DNA of 64,000 bases from Scyliorhinus canicula (Eukaryota): NCBI RefSeq assembly GCF_902713615.1, contig NC_052157.1:83703411-83767410 (forward strand). The letters are read 5' to 3'. Shown here one piece after another: positions 1-11,472 of this stretch. Below the pieces are notes generated by a model. The model did not search any database, was not told where the DNA came from, and saw nothing but the letters and a program-made list of their open reading frames with translations. The stretch's first letter is position 1, and each line of letters starts with the position of its first letter. The translations under genes and the position numbers were made by a program.

Positions 1-189
1 CTCAGCTCCACTTTCCGGCCCGAACACCATAACCCTTAATCCCTTTATTCTTCAAAAAACTATCTATCTTTACCTCAAAAACATGTAATGAAGGAGCCTC
101 AACTGCTTCACTGGGCAAGGAATTCCATAGATTCAGAACACTTTGGGTGAAGAAGTTCCTCCTAAACTCAGTCCTAAATCTACTTCCCC

Positions 190-1908
190 TTATTTTTGGC
201 TATGCCCCCTAGTTCTACTGTCACCCGCCAGTGGAAACAACCTGCCCGCATCTATCCTATCTATTCCCTTCATAATTTTAAATGTTTCTTTTAGATCCCC
301 CCTCATCCTTCTAAATTCCAACGAGTACAGTCCCAGTCTACTCAACCTCTCCTCATAATCCAACCCCTTCAGCTCTGGGATTAACCTAGTGAATCTCCTC
401 TGCACACCCTCCAGCGCCAGTACGTCCTTTCTCAAGTAAGGAGACCAAAACTGAACACAATACTCCAGGTGTGGCCGCACTAACACCTTATACAATTGCA
501 ATATAACCTCCCTAGTCTTAAACTCCATCCCTCTAGCAATGAAGGACAAAATTCCATTTGCCTTCTTAATCACCGGTTGCACTTGTAAACCAACCTTCTG
601 TGACTCATGCACTAGCACACCCAAGTCTCTCTGAACAGCGGCATGCTTTAATATTTTATCGTTTAAATAATAATCCCGTTTGCTGTTATTCCTACCAAAA
701 TGGATAACCTCACATTTGTCAACATTGTATTCCATCTGCCAGACCCGAGCCCATTCACTTAACCTATCCAAATCCCTCTGCAGACTTCCAGTATCCTCTG
801 CACTTTTCGCTTCACCACTCATCTTAGTGTCATCTGCAAACTTGGACACATTGCCCTTGGTCCCCAACTCCAAATCATCAAAGTAAATTGTGAACAATTG
901 TTGGCCCAACACGGATCCCTGAGGGACACCACTAGCTACTGATTGCCAACCAGAGAAACACCCATTTATCCCAACTCTTTGCTTTCTATTAGTTAACCAA
1001 TCCTCTATCCATGATACTACTTTACCCTTAATGCCATGCATCTTTATCTTATGCAGCAACCTTTTGTGTGGCACTTTGTCAAAGGCTTTCTGGAAATCCA
1101 GATATACCACATCCATCGGCTCCCCGTCATCTACTGCACTGGTAATGTCCTCAAAAAATTCCACTAAATTAGTTAGGCATGACCTGCCTTTAACGAACCC
1201 ATGCTGCGTCTGCCCAATGGGATAATTTCTATCCAGATGCCTCGCAATTTCTTCCTTGATGATAGATTCCAGCATCTTCCCTATTACCGAAGTTAAACTC
1301 ACTGGCCTATAATTTCCTGCTTTCTGCCTACCTCCTTTTTTAAACAGTGGCGTCACGGTTGCTAATTTCCAATCCACCGGGACCACCCCAGAGTCTAGTG
1401 AATTTCGGTAAATTATCACTCGTGCATCTGCAATTTCCCTAGCCATCTCTTTTAGCACTCTGGGATGCATTCCATCAGGGCCAGGAGACTTGTCTACCTT
1501 TAGTCCCATTAGCTTGCCCATCACTCCCTCCTTAGTGATAACAATCCTCTCAAGGTCCTCACCTGTCATAGCCTCATTTCTATCAGTCGCTGGCATGTTA
1601 TTTGTGTCTTCCACTGTGAAGACCGACCCAAAAAACCTGTTCAATTCCTGAGCCATTTCCTCATTTCCCATTATTAAAACTCCCTTCGCATCCTCTAAAG
1701 GACCAATATTTACCTTAGCCACTCTTTTTTGTCTTATATATTTGTAAAAACTTTTACTGTCTGTTTTTATACTCTGAGCAAGTTTACTCTCATAATCTAT
1801 CTTACTCTTTTTTATAGCTTTTTTAGTAGCTTTCTGTTGCCTCCTAAAGATTTCCCAGTCCTCTAATCTCCCAGCAATCTTTGCCACTTTATATGCTTTT
1901 TCCTTCAA
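190..1908 (-). CDS. CR1 ORF2 reverse transcriptase portion (separated from the endonuclease part by a frameshift/stop)
   Basis: 572-aa ORF with [44 protein letters not shown] and LVRPHLEYC motifs. Confidence 0.95.
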   Translation of the reverse strand: MKEKAYKVAKIAGRLEDWEIFRRQQKATKKAIKKSKIDYESKLAQSIKTDSKSFYKYIRQKRVAKVNIGPLEDAKGVLIMGNEEMAQELNRFFGSVFTVEDTNNMPATDRNEAMTGEDLERIVITKEGVMGKLMGLKVDKSPGPDGMHPRVLKEMAREIADARVIIYRNSLDSGVVPVDWKLATVTPLFKKGGRQKAGNYRPVSLTSVIGKMLESIIKEEIARHLDRNYPIGQTQHGFVKGRSCLTNLVEFFEDITSAVDDGEPMDVVYLDFQKAFDKVPHKRLLHKIKMHGIKGKVVSWIEDWLTNRKQRVGINGCFSGWQSVASGVPQGSVLGQQLFTIYFDDLELGTKGNVSKFADDTKMSGEAKSAEDTGSLQRDLDRLSEWARVWQMEYNVDKCEVIHFGRNNSKRDYYLNDKILKHAAVQRDLGVLVHESQKVGLQVQPVIKKANGILSFIARGMEFKTREVILQLYKVLVRPHLEYCVQFWSPYLRKDVLALEGVQRRFTRLIPELKGLDYEERLSRLGLYSLEFRRMRGDLKETFKIMKGIDRIDAGRLFPLAGDSRTRGHSQK

Positions 1909-2144
1909 TTTGATACTCTCCCTTATTTCCTTAGATATCCACGGTCGATTTTCCCTCTTTCTTCCGTCCTTCCTTTTTGTTGGTATAAACCTTTGCTGAG
2001 CACTGTGAAAAATCGCTTGGAAGGTTCTCCACTGTTCCTCAACTGTTCCACCATAAAGTATTAGCTCCCAGTCTACCTTAGCTAGTTATTCTCTCATCCC
2101 CTTGTAATCTCCTTTGTTTAAACACAAAACACTAGTATTTTATT

Positions 2145-3044
2145 TTACTTTCTCACCCTCCATCTGTATTTTAAATTCCACCATATTGTGATCGCTCCTT
2201 CCGAGAGGATCCTAACTATGAGATCATGAATCAATCCTGTCTCATTACACAGGACAAGATCTAGGACCGCTTGTTCCCTCGTAGGTTCCATTACATACTG
2301 TTCTAGGAAACTATCGCGGATACATTCTATAAACTCCTCCTCACGGTTGTCTTGACCGACCTGGTTAAACCAATCGACATGTCGATTAAAATCCCCCATG
2401 ATAACTGCTGTACAATTTCTACATGCATCAGTTATTTCTTTGTTTATTGCCTGCCCTACCATCTCGTTACTATTTGGTGGCCGATAGACGACTGCTATCA
2501 GTGACTTTTTCGCGTTACTATTCCTGATTTCCACCCAAATGGATTCAACCTTATCCTCCATAGCACCGATGTCATCCCTTACTATTGCCCGGATGTCATC
2601 CTTAAATAACAGAGCAACACCACCTCCCTTACCATCCACTCTGTCCTTCCGAATAGTTTGATACCCTCGGATATTTAACTCCCAGTCGTGACCATCCTTT
2701 AACCATGTCTCAGTAATGGCCACTAAATCATAGTCATTTACGATGATTTGTGCCACCAACTCATTTACTTTATTCCGAATACTACGAGCATTCAGGTAAA
2801 GTACACTTATGTTGGTTTTTTTTTTACCTCTGTTTTGAATCTTAACATCTCCAGTTTTATTCCTTTTGTTATTACTGGGCGTATTCACTGTGCTCCCCTC
2901 TGTCACTGTACCTTTTACTGTCGCCCTTATGGATTTCTGACTATGTATTCTCTGCCTTGCACTTTTCCCCTTACTTCCTTTTGTTTCTGTCCCTGTTTTA
3001 CTACCTTCCAAATTCCAGCATTGGTTCCCATCCCCCTGCCACAT
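2145..3044 (-). CDS. CR1 ORF2 apurinic-like endonuclease domain (frameshifted near 2210)
   Basis: YLNARSI, ITETWL, GGGVAL, VYRPP, MGDFN and LDLVL motifs. Confidence 0.92.
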   Translation of the reverse strand: MWQGDGNQCWNLEGSKTGTETKGSKGKSARQRIHSQKSIRATVKGTVTEGSTVNTPSNNKRNKTGDVKIQNRGKKKTNISVLYLNARSIRNKVNELVAQIIVNDYDLVAITETWLKDGHDWELNIRGYQTIRKDRVDGKGGGVALLFKDDIRAIVRDDIGAMEDKVESIWVEIRNSNAKKSLIAVVYRPPNSNEMVGQAINKEITDACRNCTAVIMGDFNRHVDWFNQVGQDNREEEFIECIRDSFLEQYVMEPTREQAVLDLVLCNETGLIHDLIVRILSEGAITIWWNLKYRWRVRK

Positions 3045-3992
3045 TAGTTTAAACCCTCCCCAACAGCTCTAGAAAACACCCCCCCTAGGACATCGGTTCC
3101 AGTCCTGCCCAAGTGCAGACCGTCCGTTTGTACTTGTCCCACCTCCCCCAGAACCGGTCCCAATGCCCCAGGAATTTGAATCCCTCCCTCTTGCACCATC
3201 TCTCGAGCCACGCATTCATCCTATCTATCCTGACATTCCTACTCTGACTTGCTCGTGGCACTGGTAGCAATCCTGAGATTACTACCTTTGAGGTCCTACT
3301 TTTTAGTTTAACTCCTAACTCCCTGAATTCCGCTTGTAGGACCTCATCCCGTTTTTTACCTATATCGTTGGTGCCTATGTGCACCACGACAGCTGGCTGT
3401 TCACCCTCCCCCCCCCCAGAATGTCCTGCAGCCGCTCCGAGACATCCTTGACCCTTGCACCAGGGAGGCAACATACCATCCTGGAGTCTCGATTGCGTCC
3501 ACAGAACCGCCTGTCTATTCCCCTTACGATCGAGTCCCCTATCACTATAGCCCTGCCATTTTTCTTCCTGCCCTGCTGTGCAGCAGAGCCAGCCACGGTG
3601 CCATGAACCTGGCTGCTGCTGCCTTCCCCTGGTGAGCCATCTCCCTCAACAGTATCCAAAACGGTATATCTGTTTTGCAGGGAGATGACCGCAGGGGACA
3701 CCTGCACTGCCTTCCTACTCTTGCTCTTTCTTTAGGTCACCCATTTTCTATCTCCCTCAGTAACCTTCACCTGCGGTGTGACCAACTCGCTAAACGTGCT
3801 ATCCACGACCTCCTCAGCATCGCGGATGCTCCAAAGTGAGTCCATCCGCAGCTCCAGAGCCGTCAAGCGGTCTAACAAGAGCTGCAACTGAACACACTTC
3901 TTGCACGTGAAGGAGCCAGGGACAGTGGACGTGTCCCTGAGCTCCCACATCGCACACGAGGAGCATGACACGGGTCTGGGATCTCCTGCCAT
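3044..3992 (-). pseudogene. CR1 ORF1: N-terminal zinc finger + SGNH/GDSL esterase, disrupted by a stop and frameshifts
   Basis: SCSSCAMW...TCKKC, IVIGDSIVRG, CLPGARV, VHIGTNDI across ORFs 3732-3992, 3375-3707 and 3085-3474; ends ...GEGLN* with TAA overlapping the ORF2 ATG (TAATG). Confidence 0.9.
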
Positions 3993-4189
3993 GTCTTAAA
4001 CCCTTGCTAAACTTAAACAACTAGAATTTCAAAATAAAAATAAATAAATTAGACAATGAAAAGAAAAAGAGAGACTACTTACCAGTCACTTACCAGGGTT
4101 AAAAAGCACCTCCTCACACTCTGCACCGAATTACCTCACTGCACCAAATTACCAAGTTTAAATCTCCCACTCTGTATGAGTCTCACTCC

Positions 4190-4349
4190 GGATGTGTATC
4201 CTGGAAAAGCGCTCGTTTTGATGGACAGCAGCAGCCGACAGCCGCCTTCCAGAACCAGGATACAAGGTCAGCTGCCATTCGTCCTGCGCGCCCAAGAGGC
4301 TCTCCAGTTCTGCGTCTGTGAATATTGGAACTGCTCTCTGAACAGCTAT
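4190..4349 (-). pseudogene. 5' fragment of a Harbinger Myb/SANT-like gene (element D), truncated by the CR1
   Basis: QRAVPIFTDAELESLLGAQDEWQLTLYPGSGRRLSAAAV matches the RAPRFxDxELExLL start of the other Myb copies in the window. Confidence 0.7.
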
Positions 4350-4788
4350 ATTCTTTGCTTGGGTGGTGCGTGTATGGGGAGAATCGTTTATATGCGGCTG
4401 CAACATGTCAGCCCCCCCCCCCCCCCCCAATTGTCAATCACGGACACGGCGGATCCAGCAGCATTATTCATTAGAATAGATTGTGTTCCACCTGGCGCAC
4501 GTGTTAGCACATTAATAGCACCGAAATAGATGCACGGGCTGGAGTCTGCATTTCTGAGGCTCCTTTTTGACGCCAGGTGAGGTTACGTCGGGTTTTACGA
4601 CAGAAATACGGACGCCATAAAAAGTTCCACTCCTTTAAATGGGCGGTACCGTCGCCACATGGAACGCAATAATTTCCAGGAAAACTGGTGCGAGGTTCGT
4701 CGGGTCGCAATTTGCTATCATGAGTCTCACACGCTACAGCCTGACTGAAACTGTTCTTCCACCCACACACACCATCACATCCAACAAA

Positions 4789-7045
4789 ATGGCTGGAAGG
4801 AGAGGAGCGCCACACAGTTCAGGGACGCTGAGCTGGGGACCCTCTTCGCCTCCGTGGTGGAGTGAAGGCTGACCCTGTCCCGCGGACAGGGAGGAAAGCC
4901 GCCAAGTGCTGCCGTGCGCCGTGCCTGGGAGAAGATGGCAGATGCCGTCCGTGCAGTTGTCAAGGACGGCTAGAGGGGCATGCAGTGCCGCAAGAAACTG
5001 CAGGACCTGTTCACGGTGGCCAGTGCAAGTTGGCAGCTCCACGCCGATGGCACTAGTCACTGCACCCCCACACACACTTCTGTACCCTGTCCCCCTCCCC
5101 CCGGTTCACGGTCGAAACCACATCCTTCCCAATGCCAGCACGCATGCCATCCTCAATGGCTGGTGTCTCCAGCAACTGATGCCATCATCTACCCAACACT
5201 TCGCTGCATGCGCCTTACTATCTAACGGTGTCGTAGTATGTGTTCCCCCATCCCACCACCACCAACCAAGGAGAAGGCCGCACCCAACCGCCGCGGAAGG
5301 ATAAGACCAGAGATGAACTACCAGATCTGAGCCGTTCACCCTGCTGGAGCAGAGGGCCCTGAATTTCGCCAGAGGCCCAGAGGAATGTATGGTCGTTGGC
5401 CTGGTGTGCGATCGATCAGACGAACAAGTGAGACCATGCCGAGTTGCAATTGGCCATTCCACGTGTGTCGAGGCCCATAAAACACCCTCACCTCCACATA
5501 CCACGGACTCCACATCCCTCAGCCCTCTCCCTCCCACCACATTCAAACCCTCATCACCCTCACCTCTTACCCCTCACCCCCACACCATCGCACTACCACG
5601 CCCCCCCCCCCGTACTCCCTCACTCGCACACAACCACACCCACTCACTGGCAATCCCCGTACTCCCCGAAAACACACACCCTGCGCACTCCCTCACCACG
5701 AACTCCACCTCACCCCTTCACTGCCCTAACACGCTCACACCTTCATCCCCTTATCCCCTCACCTCATGACGCGCACCCTCCATCACGACCTCCACCCCTC
5801 CAATCTCCGACCGGTACACTGGGTAATGCTACATATCGTCCACCATCACAGAGGACCTAGAGGAAATGTGGAAGACACATCCGATGTCTCGAGCAAGTGT
5901 CAGAGCCAGTGCCCCCTAGACAGCCAAACACTGACGGGGTGAGCAGTTAGAACACCAGCCCTCCGACCAAGACTCAGGACACACCGGAGCTCAGTGCGGA
6001 GGATGGAAATGTATTTCGCTCACAGCTGTATTCGACACCCACCACCATCCCGGAGACGATCAACTCAGTGAAGAGGCTCCTGTGACGCTGTCTCGTGCGC
6101 GCCACACATCCAGTAAAGCAGGTGGAGGTTGGAGCACCCAAGGGGTTGTTGTTGGATGGCAGAGCGGTCCCAGGAACGAGCTGCCGTCCATCATGGTACC
6201 AGCCATCTGGAAGATCCAGCTGCGAACACAGTAATAATGCACACAGAAAGCCTGGGATAGGATGTCGCCGAGCATCTAGCACCTGCAGGCGTAGCTGGAG
6301 GCGTCTACCTGCGTGTAAGAGCAGTGTGTGGTACGAGCAATGCGTGCATCCAGGCCGACACCGGGCGGGTGCATACGCGGTGAAGGCATTGGTGGCGATG
6401 GTTTTGCTTGTGGATCAGCATGTCCAAGGCCTGGGAAATGCTGTGCACACGGTGCCACAGGCCTAGTACACGGCTGTCCTCTCACAGGCAGCCATGTAAC
6501 AAACCAAACTGGGCATTTCAACGCCGTTCCTCAGCGTGTCCCATTAACAGCACGCCAGGCGCTGGCTGGCTTTCGGCAGACACTGGGAGAGGAGGCCCAG
6601 TCTCAGAAGGAAATGGTCCCGTCCCAGAAGGAGGTGGCCCAGTTCCCGAGGGTGGTGGCCGATACACAGGCCGATGTGCCACATAACCATATGGTGGTGG
6701 AAGAGCCGCAGCGTGATCTGGTACATTCCCAGATGGAGATGGTGGATACCCTGTGCTCCGTGACCGCGTGCATGCAGACCCTCGTTGAGAACAAAGCGGG
6801 ACTACAGGATTATTAGCGCCATATGGCGGAGAGTGGTGGCGGGCTCGGAGTATGGCTCGACTCGCTTACCCGTCCCATGGAGTAGCCTGGGGGTCTTTGC
6901 GCACCTTGAGGTATGAGGAGGCTTTGAGTCACCTGGCTGTGACTCCCGCACAGGAGGTATCGGATCACCTCACCACCTCGGACACCCCCCCCCCCCCATT
7001 TCTTGTCCCTGGCGCACGTGGAGGACAGGAGGAAGAACAGCCCGG
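4789..7045 (+). pseudogene. Decayed multi-exon Myb/SANT-like gene of Harbinger A
   Basis: MAGRRGAP..FRDAELGTL..VRRAWEKMADAV..QCRKKLQDLF; later TLLEQRAL, SQKEMVPSQKEVAQ heptads, AGLQD and EQPGPS, colinear with the element B gene. Confidence 0.8.
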
Positions 7046-7560
7046 GCCATCCCTGCGATGATAGAGAATCCGCTGCCCGCGTCTCCTGTTGGCCTTCGTC
7101 CCCATGGAAATGATTGTATTGATCCTCCTCGGCGTAACGGCGCGAATGCACCTGTGCCCCGAGCTCTGTAAGGTCCCAAACACAGCCCAACACGGAGACT
7201 GGAGTGCTTCATTTGCCTACAGGTTCAGGGTGATGGTCATCTTGACGCTCACCGTGAGCTTTTGTCCTCCCTCATACTCCTGTAGTGCCAATTGTGTTAT
7301 CGTGTGGCAGATATGTCGCCCTGTCTCTCTGCTCAGCCACAGTCTTCCAAATCCGTAGGTCCTCGATTGAGAAGCGCTGCCCGTGCACACAAGTCTTCAT
7401 TGGGGACTTCCTTGTCATCTCCTCCTCCTCGGCATTTACAGCTGACTCTCTGCAGACTATTCCGCTTCAGCCGGTTCCACTGCTACCCGCTTTGCTGCTG
7501 CCCGCTCTGCTGGGCAGCTTCCCTCGCATATCATAGAGGCTCCCGGTCACACGTCTGCAG
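7045..7560 (-). pseudogene. N-terminal remnant of the Harbinger A transposase
   Basis: Frames give LWLSRETGRHIC..KLTVSVKMTITLN..QSSGHRCIRAVT..DEGQQETRAA/GFSIIAGM, homologous to the N-half of the 11473-12819 protein. Confidence 0.8.
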
Positions 7561-8572
7561 GGTACCTCGCAGACCTGGGACCTAAGCCAGGGCAGCCACC
7601 TTTGCTGGTTGAACTCCGAAAAACATTATCTGAAGCGGGTGAAAGACACAAAATGTTTCCATGGCGATACTCCCGTACACAACCAGATTCTTTGGGATCG
7701 ACGGGGCCCCTCTTTGGCAGTGCGATCTGCCATTGCGCAAGTCCCCCCGCCGCCACCTCACTCCTGCCAATCGGTGTCCAGCACCCTGGGGCCCATGTTC
7801 TCAGCCATAATCCCTGCTGCCAGGGATACCGTTGGTTGGCAGTGCGCACAATGGCAGCTGCTTTGTGTGTGGCGCTGGATGGTCCGACGGTTGGGCGTGG
7901 AGTTTGGGGTTGCGGTGTGGGTGCTGTGGAGGGAGGGGTGGGGCGTGGGTTGCAGTAATCATCCGGCATGTGTTACTGTGTAGAACCAGGAGCCGAGATG
8001 TTTGGTCAGCGGGTGCACACCAAGTTGGCCGCCGTAATGGCGGTCTGCACTCTGGCACGACTCCAGTCCTGTGAAGGGAGCAGGGCTTCTCGGCCTGTTT
8101 CCCCGTTCTCCGCTCTTCGTGGGCGCCCCATACCACAGCCAGTGAGTCTGTTGTCCGGGCAAGCGGCCCGCAGTCACTCCACTCTGTTTCCAACATTCTG
8201 GCTTCCGCTCAGCAGCCAACACGCGAGGTTGACGATTTGTGAGACCACAAGTGAAGCACGCTATTGTCAACTTCGCCAATCGGACGCGGTGAATCTCGGA
8301 AACCCCGGAGAATAGTGGGTCAGCACCGCTCTTGGGGCGCGATTCTCCGCACCCGCGGAAAATCGTAAAACTGTCGTAAAAATCGGGCGCGTTTTACGAC
8401 GGTCGCGAAGGCCTCATTTCCCGACGGATTCACTTCCGGGAAATGGACTAGTAACGCGGCCGCGTCAATTACGTGCGTGATGACGACGGAACGCGGCGAC
8501 GACACGATCACGCCCACCTGACGTCGCCCGACGCCGTAAAAGGCGCGGGCGACCACAGAATCTGTCGGCAGG

Positions 8573-10930
8573 ATGTCGGAGCCGAGGAGAGCCTGCTCCT
8601 CGCTTTGTTGATGCGGGACGTCGAGGCGCTGCTCGATGCCGTGGAGCAGAGGAGAGGGCATCGCCAACCCTGCCAGCGCGGTACGCCAGGCCTGGCGTGA
8701 GGTGGGTGCTGCCGTTAACGCTGTGGGGCAGACCCCTCGCTCAGCTGAGCAATGTAGGAAGAAGCTACACGACCTCACCAGGGCTGCCAGGGTAAGTGCG
8801 ATGAGGGTGCCTCCTAGTCAAAACCATCCCTCCCCCTTAACTTAAGCACCCCCCCCCCCCGGCACGGGAGGGGGGGTGGAGGGGGATTGGGGCAGAGTTA
8901 TTTGAGGATGGTTCACAAAGTTGTCGCAGACCCAGCGCTCTGGCACCGAGGAGAGATGCAATCGTCTTATGACAACTTGACCCCCCCAAACTGTGCCAGT
9001 ATCTGAGCGGACTGCTGATACCTTCCGTTTTGTAATGTTCTACCTATGTTCCCTCCCCCAACAGGCCAAGTCCGCTCACAACCACCGTGAGCGGCACAAG
9101 ACTGGAGGTGGTTCGCCCAACCTGCACCCCCTCAGCACCTTTGAACAGAGGGCCCTGGACCTTGTTGGGGGGTCTGCCACCCGCGATATCGCGCTATGCG
9201 AGGTTGGCGGAACTGCAGCAAGTGAGACAACCCTCCCTGACAAACACTCACCCCTCCCCCATCCTCTGTCCCTTCACACACCCTGCCCACTGAGACACCT
9301 CCCCCATCCTCTGTCCCTTCACACACCCTGCCCACTGGGACACCTCCCCATCCTCTGTCCCTTCACACACCCTGCCCACTGGGACACCTCCCCCATCCTC
9401 TGTCCCTTCACACACCCTGCCCACTGGGACCGTCCAGCGGCCTGCCGAGCAAATCTAAAAAACCCGTTTCATTCTCTTCCCTAGGACGTGATGCCCAAGA
9501 CCAGGGCCGTCCTGCCTCCAGACGGAGACAGGAATCTGCCGCCACCTCACCCGGGGCCTCACAACAGAGGGTGCCCGATCAGTGGGCAGCCCCATGCGCC
9601 CCAACCCAATCTGCGGACCAGGACGCACAGAGGGTTTGAAGTCCACAACCACCAGAAATGGCCAGGTTTAACCCTCCTGACGCTGAGCAGCCCCACACCC
9701 TGGAGGAGGCCCTAACATTGAGAGCATCGCGGCTTGCGGCACTGCTTTCTCCCACCACTCCATCATCCCCAGAGACACACAACCCCGGCGGGCCTATTTA
9801 CTGATGAGTCTCCTGGGGCACAGTCTGGTTGGCACATCACAGCTGAGCAGGTACAGCAGGTGGAGGTCGGAGCAACAGAGGGCCCGGACTCGCGGAGAAC
9901 AGACCAGGCCCAGGATGCAGCTGGCTCCCAGACGTTTTCTGAGTTCCTGGAGTTTATCAACCCACCCGCACAGCCGATGCCTCAAGAAACCCAGGGAAAC
10001 AATGACAGGAGGAGGGCTACCTTCATGGCTCTGCAGACGCTGTTAGAGGAGTCGAACCGCGTCCAAGAGCAGGGAGTGGTGCCGCTCATGGCAGAGACCC
10101 AGTCCGACACCGCACGGGTGGCATCCACGGTGGAGGCAATGGGTCAGGTTATGCAAGACGTTGGGGTTAATGTGCACGCGTCATCCTCGGCCCTGGACAG
10201 GGTTGCCCTCTCACAGGCAGCAATGTGCCAGAGCCAAAACGACATTGCCGGCGCCCTGCGGGCCATGGCCGAGTCTCAGCAGGTCATTGGCCAGTCGCAG
10301 CACGCCATGGCACAGTCCCAGCAGTCGATAGCACAGTCCCAGCAGTCGCTGGCACAGTCCCAGCAGTCAGTCGCGGAGACCATCAACCGCCTGACACATG
10401 TGCTGGATGGCATCGTGCACACACAGGTTGAGGTCGCACAGTCCCTGGCGGGAATGTCTAACTCCCTGGACTCCGTCTCTGCAAACCTTCGGATCCTGGT
10501 GGATACCGTTGCAGGCCTCCAGGACTGGCAGCGCCAAGTGTCCGTGGTGCGAAGGGGCACCTCCCCGCTCGCACCTCTGTCCCAAAGTGAGGCCTGGGGG
10601 CCACCGGGCTCCCCGAGGGAGGAGGAGGTTTCGGGGTCCGTCCCATTAAGGCCATCACGGGATGTCCCGGAATTCTCGGCCTCCCCCCGTCCCATCCCTG
10701 GTGCATCGGGTGGGCAGCAGGCAGAGCAGGGTGGCACAATGTCACCCGAGACGCCCGCAGAGCAGCCTGGCCCATCAAGGCCGGGTCGCCCCAGGAGACG
10801 CTTAGCCAGGGAGAAACGAGTCGAGGGGGGTGATTCGCAGCAATCCTCCTCCACTCCTGCTGTATCATCTGGGGAATCACTTAGACGTAGTGGTAGGGCC
10901 CGTAAGGCAAGTAAGATAGACATTGAGTAA
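8573..10930 (+). pseudogene. Myb/SANT-like DNA-binding partner gene of Harbinger B, 3 exons (8573-8791, 9065-9221, 9485-10930), with frameshifts and a stop
   Basis: APRFVDA.DVEALLDAVEQRR..AVRQAWREVGAAVNAVGQTPRSAEQCRKKLHDL|GTAAGT; CAG|AKSAHNHRERHKTGGG; GT-AG introns; long open 3' ORF 9734-10930; small indels in exon 1 and in-frame TGA at 9637. Confidence 0.85.
9257..9430 (+). repeat. ~44-45 bp minisatellite x4 in intron 2 of the Myb gene
   Basis: CCCCATCCTCTGTCCCTTCACACACCCTGCCCACTGGGACACCT repeated four times. Confidence 0.95.
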
Positions 10931-11472
10931 GTTGGCACGGGTGAAGGGCACAGTTTAGTTGTAGGGGCTAGGGCACCTGTAAATAATTGTTAACATTAAA
11001 CGCACTGTTCCACCTTACTTGTAATACCGTGTGATTGTTCCACAGCCACAGGAATCGTGATGGTGACCGAGTGTCGCTGGGGTTGACGGGTGGTGAAACC
11101 TCGGTGCCGGGTGTGCAGTCCCTGCCCCTACCCCCTCCCACAGCTAACCCACGCGTGCACGTGATGGAGTGTCAGTGACGATCTCAGCGGCCACCAAGGT
11201 GGATGGTTCAGCTATTGCCATGGGTCAGACTCTCTCTAACGATTCTGAGCTCACAGCTCTTCGCAGAGCGGGCTGTCATCATTCCACATGGCACTGAACA
11301 CACCCGCTGACACAGCCATCAATGTTGTGCCATACCGTCTGGACCCAGTGATAAGCGTGATGTCGAAGTGGAGCAGTGTACACTTAGAGGTGGGGTTGTG
11401 GTGGTGGCAGTTGTGTGGTGACCCTCTGCATGACTCGCGATGCAGGTGGTGGTTTGGTGTTCATCGGGGACG

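Larger units (their letters stand above)
1..4160 (-). mobile_element. CR1-clade LINE, near full length (3' tail runs off the window start)
   Basis: ORF1 (CxxC/CxxC zinc finger + SGNH esterase), APE endonuclease and RT in the expected order on the minus strand; the 3' part is nearly identical to the copy at 44755-45468. Confidence 0.95.

Noticed and set aside
9257-9430. CRISPR-like appearance of regular repeats (also 13462-13523)
   Set aside because: Head-to-tail units with no unique spacers, no cas genes, eukaryotic intronic context
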